Source: an uncultured Verrucomicrobiae bacterium
GTDB lineage: Bacteria; Verrucomicrobiota; Verrucomicrobiia; Chthoniobacterales; UBA10450
Length of the DNA stretch: 64,000 bases
Reading direction: 5' to 3'
Assembly: GCA_963735805.1 (NCBI GenBank)
Contig: CAVTMK010000004.1
Span: forward strand, 576,001-640,000
The position numbers and the translations under genes are program-made. Below, one piece after another: positions 47,580 through 58,648 of the stretch. Position 1 is the first letter of the stretch. Each line of letters starts with the position of its first letter. Under the pieces are notes generated by a model. The model saw only the letters and a program-made list of their open reading frames with translations. It was not told the DNA's origin and made no database searches.

Positions 47580-47795
47580 TATTGCATGAGGTCACGTAGC
47601 GCGCGCGGGTCAGGGATTCCCCGATACAAGAATCATGGCGGCGTTCTCTTGCATTGAGTGAATTGCGGCCGGATTTTTATGGCAACCGACCAATGGGCGG
47701 CCGAACAAAACAGACCGACCGGGTGTCGCGACTCTTGGAAAGGAGGGAAAAATGGACAATCGGCAAAACATCAATGCCGTTGTTCTCAGTCAACC

Positions 47796-48125
47796 ATGGG
47801 AGGAGCCAGTTGGGTAAATGTCCTGTTGGGCATTTGGGTGCTCATTTCACCGTTCATGGTCCAATTTGCGCGGTTACCCGCAGCAATGTGGAACAACGTG
47901 ATCGTCGGCATTGTAATTGCGCTACTCGCGCTCATTCGCACGAGCACACCATGGCAATCAGGGTGGAGTTGGGCCAACGTAATCCTTGGGATATGGATGA
48001 TCATCTCCCCGTTCGCACTCGGCGCCATGACCACGGCGATACTTTGGAACAACATTATCCTGGGCATCGTCATTGCACTTGTTGCCTGTGCTAACGCCAC
48101 GATGAGGACTCCCGCAGCTGTATAA
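47796..48125 (+). CDS. SPW-repeat membrane protein
   Basis: Two repeats of W.NV.LGIW..ISPF...WNN.I.GIVIAL. Start set to ATG 47796. Confidence 0.85.
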   Translation: MGGASWVNVLLGIWVLISPFMVQFARLPAAMWNNVIVGIVIALLALIRTSTPWQSGWSWANVILGIWMIISPFALGAMTTAILWNNIILGIVIALVACANATMRTPAAV

Positions 48126-48251
48126 AAGCGCCTGAGAAAAAAGCGCGCGATGTCTCTCAGTCACGTCCACAGTTTCGATTGAGTCACTCGCGCGCCCGAC
48201 GGGCGATTCGATTCGACGTAGCAGATTCTCTTTTCGCTTGAGTTTCCCGAA

Positions 48252-49472
48252 TTAAATCGGTTCCACTTCGTCCGCTGAATAAAAGAATCGATGTCCGATG
48301 TGGCGATCCATTCCCAAATCGCGCCCGGGATCATCCTCCAGGACGAGTGCAAAATGTACGTTGTGCTCTACGTCCTCTTCGACCGCTTCGATGATCCCCA
48401 CCTTCCCGTCTAGCGCCATGTCCATGATATCAGCGCGCTTTTTAGGGCGAATCCGTACACGGTCGCCTTTCTTAAGATCGACACCGCGGACGTTCGCGCT
48501 TTCGATCTTCTGCGCCGGATTAAAAAAATCCTGATTGGACGCACGCACCTCGCGCAGTGTCCCGTGCATTTGCATGAAATGCTCCGCAGAAAGTCTTTCC
48601 GTTCGTTCAAGAATCCGACGCGCATGCTCGTCGATATTTCGCATCTCTAATTTCTCCTCATCAGTCATCGTTTTGACGCGCAAGGCCAGGATTTCGTCGA
48701 TCTCAGTGCTGTCGAAAAGATCGCCTGCGCTTTCGGCTGCGACCTTCGGATAATCGTAAAGAATAATCGGAGACGCCAACATCGTATCACGGTCGTGCTT
48801 TGCTTCATCGCCCACCAGCACCGGCCAGCATCCGATATTCCGGCACGCTTTCGCCGCGTTTTCGTATTTTGGATCGGGATCGAGCAGTGATATGAATTCG
48901 CCCCCCGTGGCGTGCAAAACCGTATGAGTTGACGCGAACGTCCGCATGATCACTTCTTCATGGGTCTCCACGCGGTCCGAGGGCACCGGTGTTTCGTTAA
49001 AAATGCGCACTGTGATCTTCGAAACTGCTCGATCAACCTCGTGCGTCTCGAGCTCAAGTCGTCCGGAAATCATTTCATTTCGCCGCACCGTTGTTCCATC
49101 GATCGTGCGCGCGTTTGGGAAAGTGAACTTCTGTCCGTGTCTTTTTGGCGCGCTTAACGAAACGGGTCCCAGTTTTATTTCGCGTTCAATTGCTTCGAGC
49201 CAGACCTGTTCACCCGTCTCTCGCGCCAATGGTTGGAGAAAGCGTACGTTTATTTCCAGCGATACGTCATGCGATTCATTGCGCACGAGGCATTCGGTCT
49301 GCATCGAACACCGTTCGCGATCGCCTTGCGCTGCGCTGTACTGTTTTGGGTAAACCCGTCCGAAGGTGAAACGCTCGCGCTGGTTCTTTTTTGACGACGC
49401 GCGGTACGGATAAAGAATGTAGCCTTCGTAGAGAACGGCATGGACGACTTTATCGACAAGTTCGCGATTCAT
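48252..49472 (-). CDS. Group 1h hydrogenase-associated protein (HhaC-like)
   Basis: AVLYEGYILYPYRASS, SPIILYDYP, DLFDSTEIDEIL, C-terminal DDPGRDLG..HRFF. Operon position. Confidence 0.8.
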   Translation of the reverse strand: MNRELVDKVVHAVLYEGYILYPYRASSKKNQRERFTFGRVYPKQYSAAQGDRERCSMQTECLVRNESHDVSLEINVRFLQPLARETGEQVWLEAIEREIKLGPVSLSAPKRHGQKFTFPNARTIDGTTVRRNEMISGRLELETHEVDRAVSKITVRIFNETPVPSDRVETHEEVIMRTFASTHTVLHATGGEFISLLDPDPKYENAAKACRNIGCWPVLVGDEAKHDRDTMLASPIILYDYPKVAAESAGDLFDSTEIDEILALRVKTMTDEEKLEMRNIDEHARRILERTERLSAEHFMQMHGTLREVRASNQDFFNPAQKIESANVRGVDLKKGDRVRIRPKKRADIMDMALDGKVGIIEAVEEDVEHNVHFALVLEDDPGRDLGMDRHIGHRFFYSADEVEPI

Positions 49473-50116
49473 GACGCCACATTTCCGTTGGGCGTGAGCA
49501 AGCGCTCAAATACCTCATCCCATGACGATAATCCTTCGCGCCGCTTAAATTCGTAGAGTTGATCGAACACGTCGCGACGCATCGCGATCCACGCGCTATC
49601 CGGATAGTGGTGCTCCATCAGTTCCTGCCAGCGCGCGATCGGCAAGCGCCAGGCGCATTCCTTTTCCCAGGAAACTTTTTGGATTTGCAATCGGCCGTCC
49701 GGCGCAGCGTAAAAAACTGTTCCGCTGAAAAGGAAGAGCAGGGGAACTTCGCCATCCTGTAGAGCGTAAAAATATTTCGTGGCGGCGACGTTGAAATCGA
49801 ACGTACACGGCACAGGCAGGATTGTTCTGGTGTGGCCATGAAATCGGGGCACGATCGTGTTGGCGTGCGTCCAAAGCCTGGTTCGCAAAGTTTTTCCCCA
49901 ATCTTCCGGCGCACCGAAAAGTTCTTTTAACTTTTTCTTTTCCTCCGCGTCGTAAACGCGCTGCGGTGATTGAATCTGGATTTGTGTTTGGAGCATTATG
50001 CTCTGGATTGTTTCCGTTTCAGGCGTGTTCGTGATTTCCAAAATGAAATGCAATAGCGGCGCGAGCCCGCGCTGGGCTGGCTCAATTCCAGTCACTTTGA
50101 AATTAAGATCAGGCAT
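49469..50116 (-). CDS. Group 1h hydrogenase-associated protein (HhaB/DUF6084-like)
   Basis: LFGAPEDWGKTLR, VPCTFDFNVAATKYF, LLFLFSGTVFY. Confidence 0.8.
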   Translation of the reverse strand: MPDLNFKVTGIEPAQRGLAPLLHFILEITNTPETETIQSIMLQTQIQIQSPQRVYDAEEKKKLKELFGAPEDWGKTLRTRLWTHANTIVPRFHGHTRTILPVPCTFDFNVAATKYFYALQDGEVPLLFLFSGTVFYAAPDGRLQIQKVSWEKECAWRLPIARWQELMEHHYPDSAWIAMRRDVFDQLYEFKRREGLSSWDEVFERLLTPNGNVAS

Positions 50117-50726
50117 TCGCTTTCAGCTGCGAAAAGAAGCTTTCGATTCTGTCCCAGACTTCCTGACCGCCGGAGAGACCGCGCCAATGCATCCGGATCG
50201 TCCCGACAAGCTCGTAACACCTGTCGATCGGCGCGATGAAATAATCTCGCGCCTTCCCAGCACGATGGACCAGTAGCGCTTCCACGTCCGGTTGCAGTTT
50301 TTGCAGGAGAGCATTTTGGCTCACTAGCGCTTTCCACGCATCGAGTGGAAGGAGCGATTCGGTAGCGCCCGCGGGACTTGGATAATACGCCATCATTTTT
50401 TTTCTATGCGAACTGTAAAAGAAAAAGGCGAGGTTGATTGGCAACGCGAAATTCTCCCAGTCGGCGTCAGCCATTGCAAAGTCGGGCAGTGCACGGGCGT
50501 CGCGCGGGATCAATTTGAATCGCCCTTCAACCACGTCCTGGAATCGCAACGCACACGCGTCGCATGCGCAAACGATCTTTTGCGTCGTCATCTCGAGGAG
50601 ATGTCGATGCTGCGGCGGAACACGAATGCTGCAGAGCTCGCATTGCTCGACAGCCGCGCGGCGGAGCGACTCCCCCTCAGGCTTGACCCCAGCGAACTTG
50701 CGCAAATTAGCCAGGGGTGAGCTCAC
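50109..50726 (-). CDS. Group 1h hydrogenase-associated protein (HhaA/DUF5947-like)
   Basis: CELC..HRH..CACDAC, YPSPAGATES, PIDRCYELVG..WRGLSGG. Confidence 0.82.
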   Translation of the reverse strand: MSSPLANLRKFAGVKPEGESLRRAAVEQCELCSIRVPPQHRHLLEMTTQKIVCACDACALRFQDVVEGRFKLIPRDARALPDFAMADADWENFALPINLAFFFYSSHRKKMMAYYPSPAGATESLLPLDAWKALVSQNALLQKLQPDVEALLVHRAGKARDYFIAPIDRCYELVGTIRMHWRGLSGGQEVWDRIESFFSQLKANA

Positions 50727-50773
50727 GGAAAACTTAACGCCAGCCGCGTCTGCGTTAAAGAAGCGATGTAATG

Positions 50774-50962
50774 CTAGGCAGGGGGAATGTTTCCCATTCC
50801 GGGAACGATGGGTTCCCGATCATCAGCATTGATTCCGGTCGAATCACGCGCGCTTCGATAATTTTTTCGGTTTGGATCACGACCGGGCTCATGACTCTTG
50901 AGGGCCTGCTCTTCGCCCTTCGGAGTCCCGGCCACATGCACGGGCTGTGGATTTTTGCTCAT
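50774..50962 (-). CDS. Small hydrophilic protein of the hydrogenase operon
   Basis: ATGA-coupled to the NifU-like gene. HVAGTPKGE..ARDSTGIN..REPI..MGNIPPA. Confidence 0.7.
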   Translation of the reverse strand: MSKNPQPVHVAGTPKGEEQALKSHEPGRDPNRKNYRSARDSTGINADDREPIVPGMGNIPPA

Positions 50963-51540
50963 GGGTCTCTTTTTGTTGTGGTTTCCTGTTCGTTATCAGT
51001 GGGGCACACTGTAAATTTCGGTTGTAAACTGTCCGGCGCGTTTGCGAAATTGTCTACCGCGCCTTCAACTTCCAATCCCGTCACATCGGGCGCAGCTGCG
51101 TAAATGGCTTCTTCGATCGACGATTTCAATGTTACCCGCGATGACGGACAACCGTGGCAATTTCCTTCCAGTCGCAATCTGATTCCACCCTCTGGCGTTA
51201 CTCCGATCACTTCTACGCTGCCTCCATGCAGCCCGAGGCGCGGTTTGACCTTTTCCAGCGCCCCACGCACGCGCGCCTCCAAACCGAGCGGATGCAGGCC
51301 GTGCAGGATCAACAGATTGGAAACAAGAGGATCCTCCGCCAGTTTATCAACTAATGTAAGATCGTTCTCGTGAACAATCTCCAGAGCGCGTTCCAACGTG
51401 GCGCCGTGCAATTCCAGCAACGCCTGAACCAACTCACGCGCCTGCGCCGCAACAGCCGAATCGGCGGCACCATTAAGCGCGTTGATCAACTCTTCGATTC
51501 GCCCTAGCTCCTTTTGAAATTGCGGGCCGTGGGGTTCCAT
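50959..51540 (-). CDS. NifU/NfuA-like Fe-S protein (HhyE-like)
   Basis: LLILHGLHP, HGGSVE, GNCHGCPSS..TLK. Confidence 0.88.
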   Translation of the reverse strand: MEPHGPQFQKELGRIEELINALNGAADSAVAAQARELVQALLELHGATLERALEIVHENDLTLVDKLAEDPLVSNLLILHGLHPLGLEARVRGALEKVKPRLGLHGGSVEVIGVTPEGGIRLRLEGNCHGCPSSRVTLKSSIEEAIYAAAPDVTGLEVEGAVDNFANAPDSLQPKFTVCPTDNEQETTTKRDP

Positions 51541-51591
51541 CGGTCTTTCATTTAGTATCGCACCGTGGCGGTGATACGCATGTGCAATTCG

Positions 51592-51885
51592 CTAATGATT
51601 CAACGGTACCCAGCCGCGGGTGGAGTAATCGCTCAGCGTCAGAGAGATCATAATGAGCAACCAGATCACGCCAGCTACGGCCGCCAGATGCAGAAGGCGG
51701 CTGCTACCCTTTATGTGCATAAAAAAAAGAGCGATCACGATGGCCTTGGTGATCGCAATTGCGAGCGCCACGATGAGATTGAACGGGCCAAGATCGACAT
51801 AGCCAATCATCCAGGTCAGAGCCAGCAGCGCCAACAGGGCGATACAGCTCCGCACGTAAACTTTCGGCTGAACAACTTTTTCCAT
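51592..51885 (-). CDS. ctaF: Cytochrome c oxidase subunit IV (caa3-type)
   Basis: Three TMs, KAIVIALFFMH. Start ATG 51885. Confidence 0.88.
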   Translation of the reverse strand: MEKVVQPKVYVRSCIALLALLALTWMIGYVDLGPFNLIVALAIAITKAIVIALFFMHIKGSSRLLHLAAVAGVIWLLIMISLTLSDYSTRGWVPLNH

Positions 51886-52547
51886 TAGCGGTGTCCCACT
51901 AAGTACAAAAGAGGAAATAGAAAAACCCAGACAATGTCGACGAAATGCCAGTAGAGGCCGGCGATCTCGACGGTGTTGTGATTTCCGTGAGAAAATTTTC
52001 CAAGCCACGCAAGCAGCGTCAGAACCAGCATGATCCCGATCCCCACAGTCACATGGATTGCGTGCAACCCGGTCATTGCAAAGTAAATCCAGAAGAATAA
52101 TTCGGCGTTATACGGGTCGGCGCCGTGCCATTCAAAATGAGTTCCTGGAACCAGGTGATCCACATAGTCTTTGTGGTATTCGATGCCCTTGATCGACATG
52201 AACACGCATCCAAGGAAGGCGGTGCCGACGAGTAACCAGGTCAGGATGCGCCTTTGATCTAGTTTTGCGGCACGGACGGCCAATGCCATCAATAAACTGC
52301 TAATGAGTAGGACCGCCGTGTTTGTGCCGCCCAGAACGACATCGAGTTTGCGACTCGTTTCGATAAAAATGTTGCCGTAGGTGAAGCGGTAAACCGTGTA
52401 GCCCAGAAAGAGTCCACCAAAAAACAGCACCTCAGTGGCAAGGAAAATCCACATGCCGAGCTTTGCCGCATCGCGCTGCTGCTCGATGTCATCGAATTGC
52501 TGGGCGACGAATGCTTCTTCAGAGGCTGGCGAGGTCAAGGTCGACAT
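51885..52547 (-). CDS. ctaE: Cytochrome c oxidase subunit III
   Basis: [29 protein letters not shown]. Confidence 0.94.
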   Translation of the reverse strand: MSTLTSPASEEAFVAQQFDDIEQQRDAAKLGMWIFLATEVLFFGGLFLGYTVYRFTYGNIFIETSRKLDVVLGGTNTAVLLISSLLMALAVRAAKLDQRRILTWLLVGTAFLGCVFMSIKGIEYHKDYVDHLVPGTHFEWHGADPYNAELFFWIYFAMTGLHAIHVTVGIGIMLVLTLLAWLGKFSHGNHNTVEIAGLYWHFVDIVWVFLFPLLYLVGHR

Positions 52548-54204
52548 CTTTTTCAGCTGAATAGGAATAGGGCGGTCCGGTTACCACCGGGGTTTGTTCG
52601 AAGTTGTGTTCTGGCGGGGGCGAAGGCGTCTGCCATTCCAGGCCTGTCGCACGCCACGGGTTTGGCCCCGCCGCACGACCATGTTTCCATGACCAGATGA
52701 AATAAATCAGCGGCATCAAATATCCCACACCCAGGATCGACGCGCCGGCAGTTGAGAGCACATGATAAACTTGGAACTCCGGCGGATAAACATGGTACCG
52801 CCGCGGTTGCCCGAGATAACCGAGGATGAACTGCGGAAAAAATGTCAGGTTGAATCCGATGAATGTGATCATGGCCGCGAGCTTGCCCGCAAATTCTGGA
52901 TACAACCGTCCGGAAATTTTCGGCCACCAATAGTGAAGGCCGCCCATGAACGCCATCACCATTCCGCCCACCATGATGTAATGAAAATGCGCGATAACGA
53001 AATACGTGTCGTGCACATGAACATCAACCGCGAGCGCGGCGAGAAACAGCCCGGTCAGGCCGCCGATGGTGAAAAGACCGATGAATCCCAATGCGTAGAG
53101 CATCGGTGTTGCGAAATGAATGGAGCCTTTGCGCAGTGTCGCCGTCCAATTGAAAACTTTTATGCCGGAGGGAACAGCCACGAGAAAACTAAGCATCGAG
53201 AAAATCATGCCGGCGTAAACCGATTGGCTGGACACAAACATGTGATGGCCCCAAACGAGGAACCCTAAAACGGCGATCGCCATGCTCGCGGATCCAATCC
53301 ACGCATAGCCGTAGATCGGTTTTCGGGAGAAACACGTGATCAATTCGCTGATCACTCCCATTCCCGGCAAAATCATGATGTAGACCGCGGGATGCGAATA
53401 AAACCAAAACATGTGCTGAAACAGAACGGGGTCGCCACCCAGTTTTGGATCGAAGATTCCGAGGCCCCAGAAGCGTTCCACGGAGATGAGCGCGAGCGTA
53501 ATGGCTAGAACGGGTGTGGCGAGCACCATGATCAAACTGGTCGCGTAAAGTGACCAGACGAACAGCGGCAATCGAAACCAAGTCAGACCTGGCGCACGCA
53601 TTTTGTGGATTGTGACCATGAAGTTCATGCCGGTTATGATTGTTGAGAACCCGGCCACGAAAACGCCGGCTGCCATCGAAATCACGTGCGTGTTTGCGTA
53701 GGTAGTGCTGTAAGGAGTGTAGAAGGTCCAGCCAGTGTCGACGCCTCCGTGGATCAGCGACCAGAGCGCGAGAGCGCCGCCGGCGACAAAAATATACCAG
53801 CTCATTAGGTTGAGCTTTGGAAACGCAACATCACGCGCCCCGATCATCATCGGCAGAATGAAATTGCCGAGCACGGTTGGAATCGATGGGATCAGAAAGA
53901 ACCAAACCATCAAGACGCCGTGGATGGTGAAAAGTTTGTTGTAAGTTTCCGATGTGACGAGCTTCGGTTGTGGTGTGACCAGCTCGATTCGCATTAAGGC
54001 CGCCGCCACGCTCGCGATCAGGAAAAAGAACAGGATTGTAAAAAGATAAAGAAGACCGATTCGCTTGTGATCCTTTGTCAGCAACCACGAGTGGACTCCG
54101 TGGTCTACGCTCAGATAATTCTCGCGCGCAAATTCACCGGGCTGCTCGACGATTGATTCCGTCGCGCTTTTTGTGGGTTCGTGCTCCGAAGTCGAGGTGT
54201 TCAT
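52519..54204 (-). CDS. ctaD: Cytochrome c oxidase subunit I (A2-type heme-copper oxidase)
   Basis: [20 protein letters not shown] (YS motif indicates A2), WGHH, HFHY. Confidence 0.96.
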   Translation of the reverse strand: MNTSTSEHEPTKSATESIVEQPGEFARENYLSVDHGVHSWLLTKDHKRIGLLYLFTILFFFLIASVAAALMRIELVTPQPKLVTSETYNKLFTIHGVLMVWFFLIPSIPTVLGNFILPMMIGARDVAFPKLNLMSWYIFVAGGALALWSLIHGGVDTGWTFYTPYSTTYANTHVISMAAGVFVAGFSTIITGMNFMVTIHKMRAPGLTWFRLPLFVWSLYATSLIMVLATPVLAITLALISVERFWGLGIFDPKLGGDPVLFQHMFWFYSHPAVYIMILPGMGVISELITCFSRKPIYGYAWIGSASMAIAVLGFLVWGHHMFVSSQSVYAGMIFSMLSFLVAVPSGIKVFNWTATLRKGSIHFATPMLYALGFIGLFTIGGLTGLFLAALAVDVHVHDTYFVIAHFHYIMVGGMVMAFMGGLHYWWPKISGRLYPEFAGKLAAMITFIGFNLTFFPQFILGYLGQPRRYHVYPPEFQVYHVLSTAGASILGVGYLMPLIYFIWSWKHGRAAGPNPWRATGLEWQTPSPPPEHNFEQTPVVTGPPYSYSAEKDVDLDLASL

Positions 54205-55145
54205 TGCGACGGGGGCGGCTGATTGCCGATGTACTTCAAGTAGACGATGAGCTGCATGATCTCTTCCTCGCTCAAATGCCCGGTGAAACTGGGCATGATG
54301 TTATCGTAGCCGGCAGAGATTTGTTTCCCGGGCTGCAAGATCGAATCGCGTAAATATTGGTCGTCAGCTGTGACCATTGTGCCATCGGAGAGCGGTACCG
54401 GCTTTCGGTAGAGGCCTCGGAGCAGAGGCGCGTGAAACTGGGAGTTCGGCGCGTGGCAGCCGCTGCATCCCCGATCGTGAAATAGTCGTTCCCCTGTTTT
54501 CACAATCGATTCGCTCGGTTCCCCTGATTTTAACCAGCGTTCATAGGCAGCGGGCTCCATCACCACCACGCGGCCAATCATCCGGGAATGTTGGGTGCCG
54601 CAATACTGGGCGCAGAAAATGTGATATTCACCCGTGCGTGTCGGCTTGAACCATTCACCGGTGTACCTTCCCGGCACAACGTCCTGCTTCACTCGGAATG
54701 CTGGAACAAAAAAACTGTGGATAACGTCCTGAGACGTCATCGTTAATGCCACCGTACTGTTGACCGGCAGATGCAGCTCGTTGATCTCCCGCTTTCCTTC
54801 GGCGTGCTGAAGTTTCCACATCCATTGTTTACCGACGACTTGCACTTCGATCGCATTAGCCGGCCTTCGCTCGATCCGGAAATAGACCACTGCGCCCCAT
54901 GCAAAGAGCCCGAGTGACAGAAAGATGGGACCGATGGTCCAGGCGCTCTCAATCAAAAATGAACCGGACTTCGGATTTGAGCGATCAGCCGGCGATCCCC
55001 GACGATATTTTACGGAAAAGAAAATGATCGGCAGAAAAATAACGGCCATGAAAAACAGCGAGATGAGCGTCAGCGCGAAAAATAACGCATCCACTTCGTG
55101 CGACGCCGTGGAGGCTTGCGGCGGGAAGAGACGGAATTGATCCAT
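54201..55145 (-). CDS. ctaC: Cytochrome c oxidase subunit II with fused cytochrome c
   Basis: [18 protein letters not shown]uA site, CSGCH heme motif. Confidence 0.95.
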   Translation of the reverse strand: MDQFRLFPPQASTASHEVDALFFALTLISLFFMAVIFLPIIFFSVKYRRGSPADRSNPKSGSFLIESAWTIGPIFLSLGLFAWGAVVYFRIERRPANAIEVQVVGKQWMWKLQHAEGKREINELHLPVNSTVALTMTSQDVIHSFFVPAFRVKQDVVPGRYTGEWFKPTRTGEYHIFCAQYCGTQHSRMIGRVVVMEPAAYERWLKSGEPSESIVKTGERLFHDRGCSGCHAPNSQFHAPLLRGLYRKPVPLSDGTMVTADDQYLRDSILQPGKQISAGYDNIMPSFTGHLSEEEIMQLIVYLKYIGNQPPPSQ

Positions 55146-55148
55146 GTT

Positions 55149-55946
55149 TCAATTGCTTTGCGCGTGTCCTCCGGCTGACTGCCGTGTCATCGAAAGAATC
55201 CACCACGCGATCGCGACGAGAAATCCCAGGCTTGCGACGCGAAGGATCGCCAGGATTAATCCACCGTATTTTCCGGTGATGGGATTGTAATGGTAACAAA
55301 GCAGAAAGACCTGCGAGACGACGGATGAAGATCTCCCTTCTTTCGCGGCCGCCAGCGCGGCATCCAGTTCTCTCGCATTCAGTCTTACCCCGAAGACGTA
55401 GCGGGAAATTTTCCCCTCCGGGGTGAGCACGACGACTCCGCTTGGATGCGCGTATTGATTTGTTTGCGGGTCGTAAACGTAACGAAACCCTGTTTGATCG
55501 GCTAGTTCTGCGATTGAGCGCTTGTCACCGACGAGGAAATGCCAGGCATCCGCCGCACCGGGTCGCCCGTATTGCCGTAAGTATTCCGATTTTTTTTGGG
55601 CGGCAGATTTGGCCGTTTCTCCTGGATCAATACTTACATCGATGATTTGGAAATCCCTGCCTACGCTCAACGGCAACTCATGGAGAGCCTGGATCAACCC
55701 ATCATTGATCAGGTCGCACAGCATCGGGCAGCGGTAATAGCCCAACACGAGGATAGTTGGTTGTTTGCCGAAATGATCGCCGAGCCGAAAGGGCTGATCA
55801 TTTTGATCGTGAAAGACCAGATCGGCTGAAATCTGCACGCCGGGGTGTTGCTCGAAAGTCACGCGACTCAGATCGCCGGGTGTTAGTGCGCGCGCTTGCT
55901 CCGCGACCGAGCAGATTAACACAAGTGCGAACGCGATCTGTTTCAT
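55149..55946 (-). CDS. SCO1/SenC-family copper chaperone
   Basis: YYRCPMLC, VSIDP, QYAHP. Start ATG 55946. Confidence 0.9.
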   Translation of the reverse strand: MKQIAFALVLICSVAEQARALTPGDLSRVTFEQHPGVQISADLVFHDQNDQPFRLGDHFGKQPTILVLGYYRCPMLCDLINDGLIQALHELPLSVGRDFQIIDVSIDPGETAKSAAQKKSEYLRQYGRPGAADAWHFLVGDKRSIAELADQTGFRYVYDPQTNQYAHPSGVVVLTPEGKISRYVFGVRLNARELDAALAAAKEGRSSSVVSQVFLLCYHYNPITGKYGGLILAILRVASLGFLVAIAWWILSMTRQSAGGHAQSN

Positions 55947-56395
55947 TGGCTTTCCGGTAATTGAGGTGGCATGGCGGTTTCTGCAGGGCGCGCCTGCATC
56001 AAACTCAGCGGCGTTTGCCCCGCGCCGACATCGGGTAAACCACGCTCCAACAGCAGTTCCATGGCACGATCGATGGGGACGCGCACTGTTCCCGAGGCCC
56101 GGTTGATCCAGCCGTAAGAATTGAGATCGGCTTCCTCGGCGGCGCGGAACGTCGCCAAATCCACGGGCCCCCTTACTTCCAGTCGTGGCTTGGGAAATTC
56201 GCCTGTGCTCGTCAATGGAAGAGTTGGCTGGCCGGCGGTCTTGGTCGGCTCGTGGAATTTGAAGTAATGCATCATTCCCCAGACAACCAGGAAGATGATT
56301 AGACAGGACAAAAACAGAAGGAAGGCGATGGCAAATAACGACGGTACATCGACGTCTTTTCGTTCGTGGTCGCGCGTTTGCTCGGTTGTGTTCAT
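55943..56395 (-). CDS. Single-TM alternative complex III-associated protein (ActG-like)
   Basis: HERKDV, TM, PRLE, LNSYGWINR..VRVPIDRAM. Coupled between actF and SCO. Confidence 0.7.
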   Translation of the reverse strand: MNTTEQTRDHERKDVDVPSLFAIAFLLFLSCLIIFLVVWGMMHYFKFHEPTKTAGQPTLPLTSTGEFPKPRLEVRGPVDLATFRAAEEADLNSYGWINRASGTVRVPIDRAMELLLERGLPDVGAGQTPLSLMQARPAETAMPPQLPESQ

Positions 56396-57555
56396 GTGGG
56401 CACAGCAAGCGCGAGCCGCGGATCGTTTTGGGGAACGAGCCGACGCGCCTCCAAATTCTTCAAAAACGCGAACGCGTAGATACCGCCGATCCCTAGGAAA
56501 GCAGCTGGAGCGAACCAGCCGACATAAAAATGTTTCGTATAAATGCTCGGGGCAATCGTCCACCAGATGGCGACAATGTGCGCGGCGAACACGCACCCTG
56601 CGATGCATGCCAGGATGCGCCGACGCTTTTTCGCCGACCGCATCAGCAGGAGAAAAAAGGGAACAAAAAAGTGGAAGAGCGCGATGAAAATCGCAATCCA
56701 CTTCCAACCGTCGTTGATGCGGTGCAAGTACCAGCCGATTTCGTGCGGCAGATTTCCCGACCAAATAACGAGCAACTGGCCGAAGGCGAGGTATGCCCAC
56801 ATCATGGTGAAAGCGAGCAACAGATTGCCGAGCTTGTGAAAATTCTGCTCTGTCGCCAGATGAGCAAGAGGCGATGAACGGGCCGCCCATTCGAGCAGTA
56901 AAATCGCCAGCGCAAGTGCGCTCAGAATTTGGCCGATGCAAATAAGGACAGGAAACATGGTTGAGAACCAGTCCGCTTCCATCGACATCAGCCAGTCAAC
57001 TGCGGCGAACGTCATGGTCACTGGATAAATCACCAGACCCGGTCCGCTCAGTCTCCGCATTTTACGCGTCGGCTCGACTGAAACAGTCGCGTCTTGCTCC
57101 GCAGACCATTTTAGCAATTGCCTGGCCATGATGATCCAAATCGCAAAGACAATCGCGGCGCGAAGAATAAAGCCCGGCGCGTTCAGATAGATCCGTGTCT
57201 CTCGCAGAGTTTCGTGCGTTGCGACCACAGCCGGATTTTCCCACGGATAGAGTTGGGACAATCCAAAGAAAATTGGGACAAATAGCAGAGCCAGCAAAGG
57301 CAAGTTACCGACCGCGGATTCAAGAAACCGTCGCACAGCGTAACCCCAGTCGCCTGCTGTTAGATGATGGATCATGAGCAGCCCCAGCGATCCAAGCGAA
57401 AGACCCAGGAAGAAAAAATGGCCGAAGAGATAACCGACAAAGAAATCGCGCGGCTCGATGAACCAGCCAATAAGACATCCGATGAGCCCGATGACGGCGA
57501 CGCCTAACGAAATATTTTTCGCGCGACTAACAGAACGATCAAGGACCGCGTTCAT
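56392..57555 (-). CDS. actF: Alternative complex III membrane subunit F
   Basis: Multi-TM, HHLTAGDW, DWLMS..WFSTMF, WAYL..QLLVIW.GNLP.E. Confidence 0.9.
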   Translation of the reverse strand: MNAVLDRSVSRAKNISLGVAVIGLIGCLIGWFIEPRDFFVGYLFGHFFFLGLSLGSLGLLMIHHLTAGDWGYAVRRFLESAVGNLPLLALLFVPIFFGLSQLYPWENPAVVATHETLRETRIYLNAPGFILRAAIVFAIWIIMARQLLKWSAEQDATVSVEPTRKMRRLSGPGLVIYPVTMTFAAVDWLMSMEADWFSTMFPVLICIGQILSALALAILLLEWAARSSPLAHLATEQNFHKLGNLLLAFTMMWAYLAFGQLLVIWSGNLPHEIGWYLHRINDGWKWIAIFIALFHFFVPFFLLLMRSAKKRRRILACIAGCVFAAHIVAIWWTIAPSIYTKHFYVGWFAPAAFLGIGGIYAFAFLKNLEARRLVPQNDPRLALAVPT

Positions 57556-58124
57556 TTTTTACTCTCCAGCTTTGCTCGCTCGGCTGGATCGACGTCGGAT
57601 AACCTGGCGTCATGACTAAGCTGCAAGGCGCGGATGTATGCAGCGATCGCCCATCGATCTTCCGGCTCGACCCGCGTGGCGTAGGAATACATCACGCCGT
57701 AGCCATTGGTGATTACGTCGAAAAAATGGCCGATCGGTGCATTGCGCAGCCGATCCACATGGAATGATGGTGGTTGCGGAAAGCCGCGTTGAACCACCAT
57801 GCCGTTTCCACTGCCGGTGCGGTCGTGGCATTCGGCGCATACGGCCTCGAAACGTTCACGGCCTCGACTCAGAAGGTCACGGCTCAGCTTTACCGGCAGC
57901 TGGGTCACATAAATTCCATTCGTTTGCCCTGTGTAAAACGCTATGTCCTCGCGTGCATCGCCCCGAGGCACAGTGTGCGCCGGTGGTTGACGCGCATTGC
58001 TTCCATTCGAGAAAAAATCGCTTTCTGAAAGAGGTTTGGCTTTGGGCTGATTCATCATGTCCGGCCGACAACCAAGGAACAGCAATGCGAGTGCGAGTAC
58101 CGCTGCGTTTTGATGCGAATTCAT
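57552..58124 (-). CDS. actE: Alternative complex III monoheme cytochrome c lipoprotein
   Basis: Lipobox FLGC, DMMNQPK, CAECH, DRWAI.AYIRALQ. Confidence 0.9.
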   Translation of the reverse strand: MNSHQNAAVLALALLFLGCRPDMMNQPKAKPLSESDFFSNGSNARQPPAHTVPRGDAREDIAFYTGQTNGIYVTQLPVKLSRDLLSRGRERFEAVCAECHDRTGSGNGMVVQRGFPQPPSFHVDRLRNAPIGHFFDVITNGYGVMYSYATRVEPEDRWAIAAYIRALQLSHDARLSDVDPAERAKLESKK

Positions 58125-58648
58125 TTGGGCACCTCCGCTATCGACAATGGATGGAGGCCTTGCAGAAACGCGCGCGTTTGGTTGATATGAAAATTTGGGT
58201 CGCGCGTTTCAATACAAAGAAAAAATCGGTCCTGCGACGCGCGCTCAAATTCAGGGACATTGAACAGCGGATGGTGAGGACGTGGTAGACCACTCAAACC
58301 CAGGGAAAAAAAGAATGCTGTCAGCCCTGCAGCCAGCACGGTTAGTTCGAAAGTAATGGGAATAAACGCCGGCCAACTGTGAATTGGACGGCCCCCGATA
58401 TTGATTACGTAGCTAACGGCGTTGGCGTACCACTCCATGTAATACGCGCAAACCCCGCCAATGATTCCACCAATCAACACGATCACCGGCAGACGCGTTC
58501 TCTTTCCCAGCGCTTCGGCCAAACCTTCGACCGGAAACGGCGCGAACCCGTCCATCTTTCTGAAGCCAGCTGCGTGCGCTTTTTCGGCCGCGTGCAGCAG
58601 TTCTTCGTGAGTCGAAAATTCTGCAAGCAATCCGTACGGCTGGGTCAT
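58121..58648 (-). CDS. actD: Alternative complex III subunit D (DUF3341)
   Basis: YGLLAEF, PFPVEGL, IGGRP..SWPAFIPITFELTVL. Start ATG 58648. Confidence 0.9.
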   Translation of the reverse strand: MTQPYGLLAEFSTHEELLHAAEKAHAAGFRKMDGFAPFPVEGLAEALGKRTRLPVIVLIGGIIGGVCAYYMEWYANAVSYVINIGGRPIHSWPAFIPITFELTVLAAGLTAFFFSLGLSGLPRPHHPLFNVPEFERASQDRFFLCIETRDPNFHINQTRAFLQGLHPLSIAEVPK

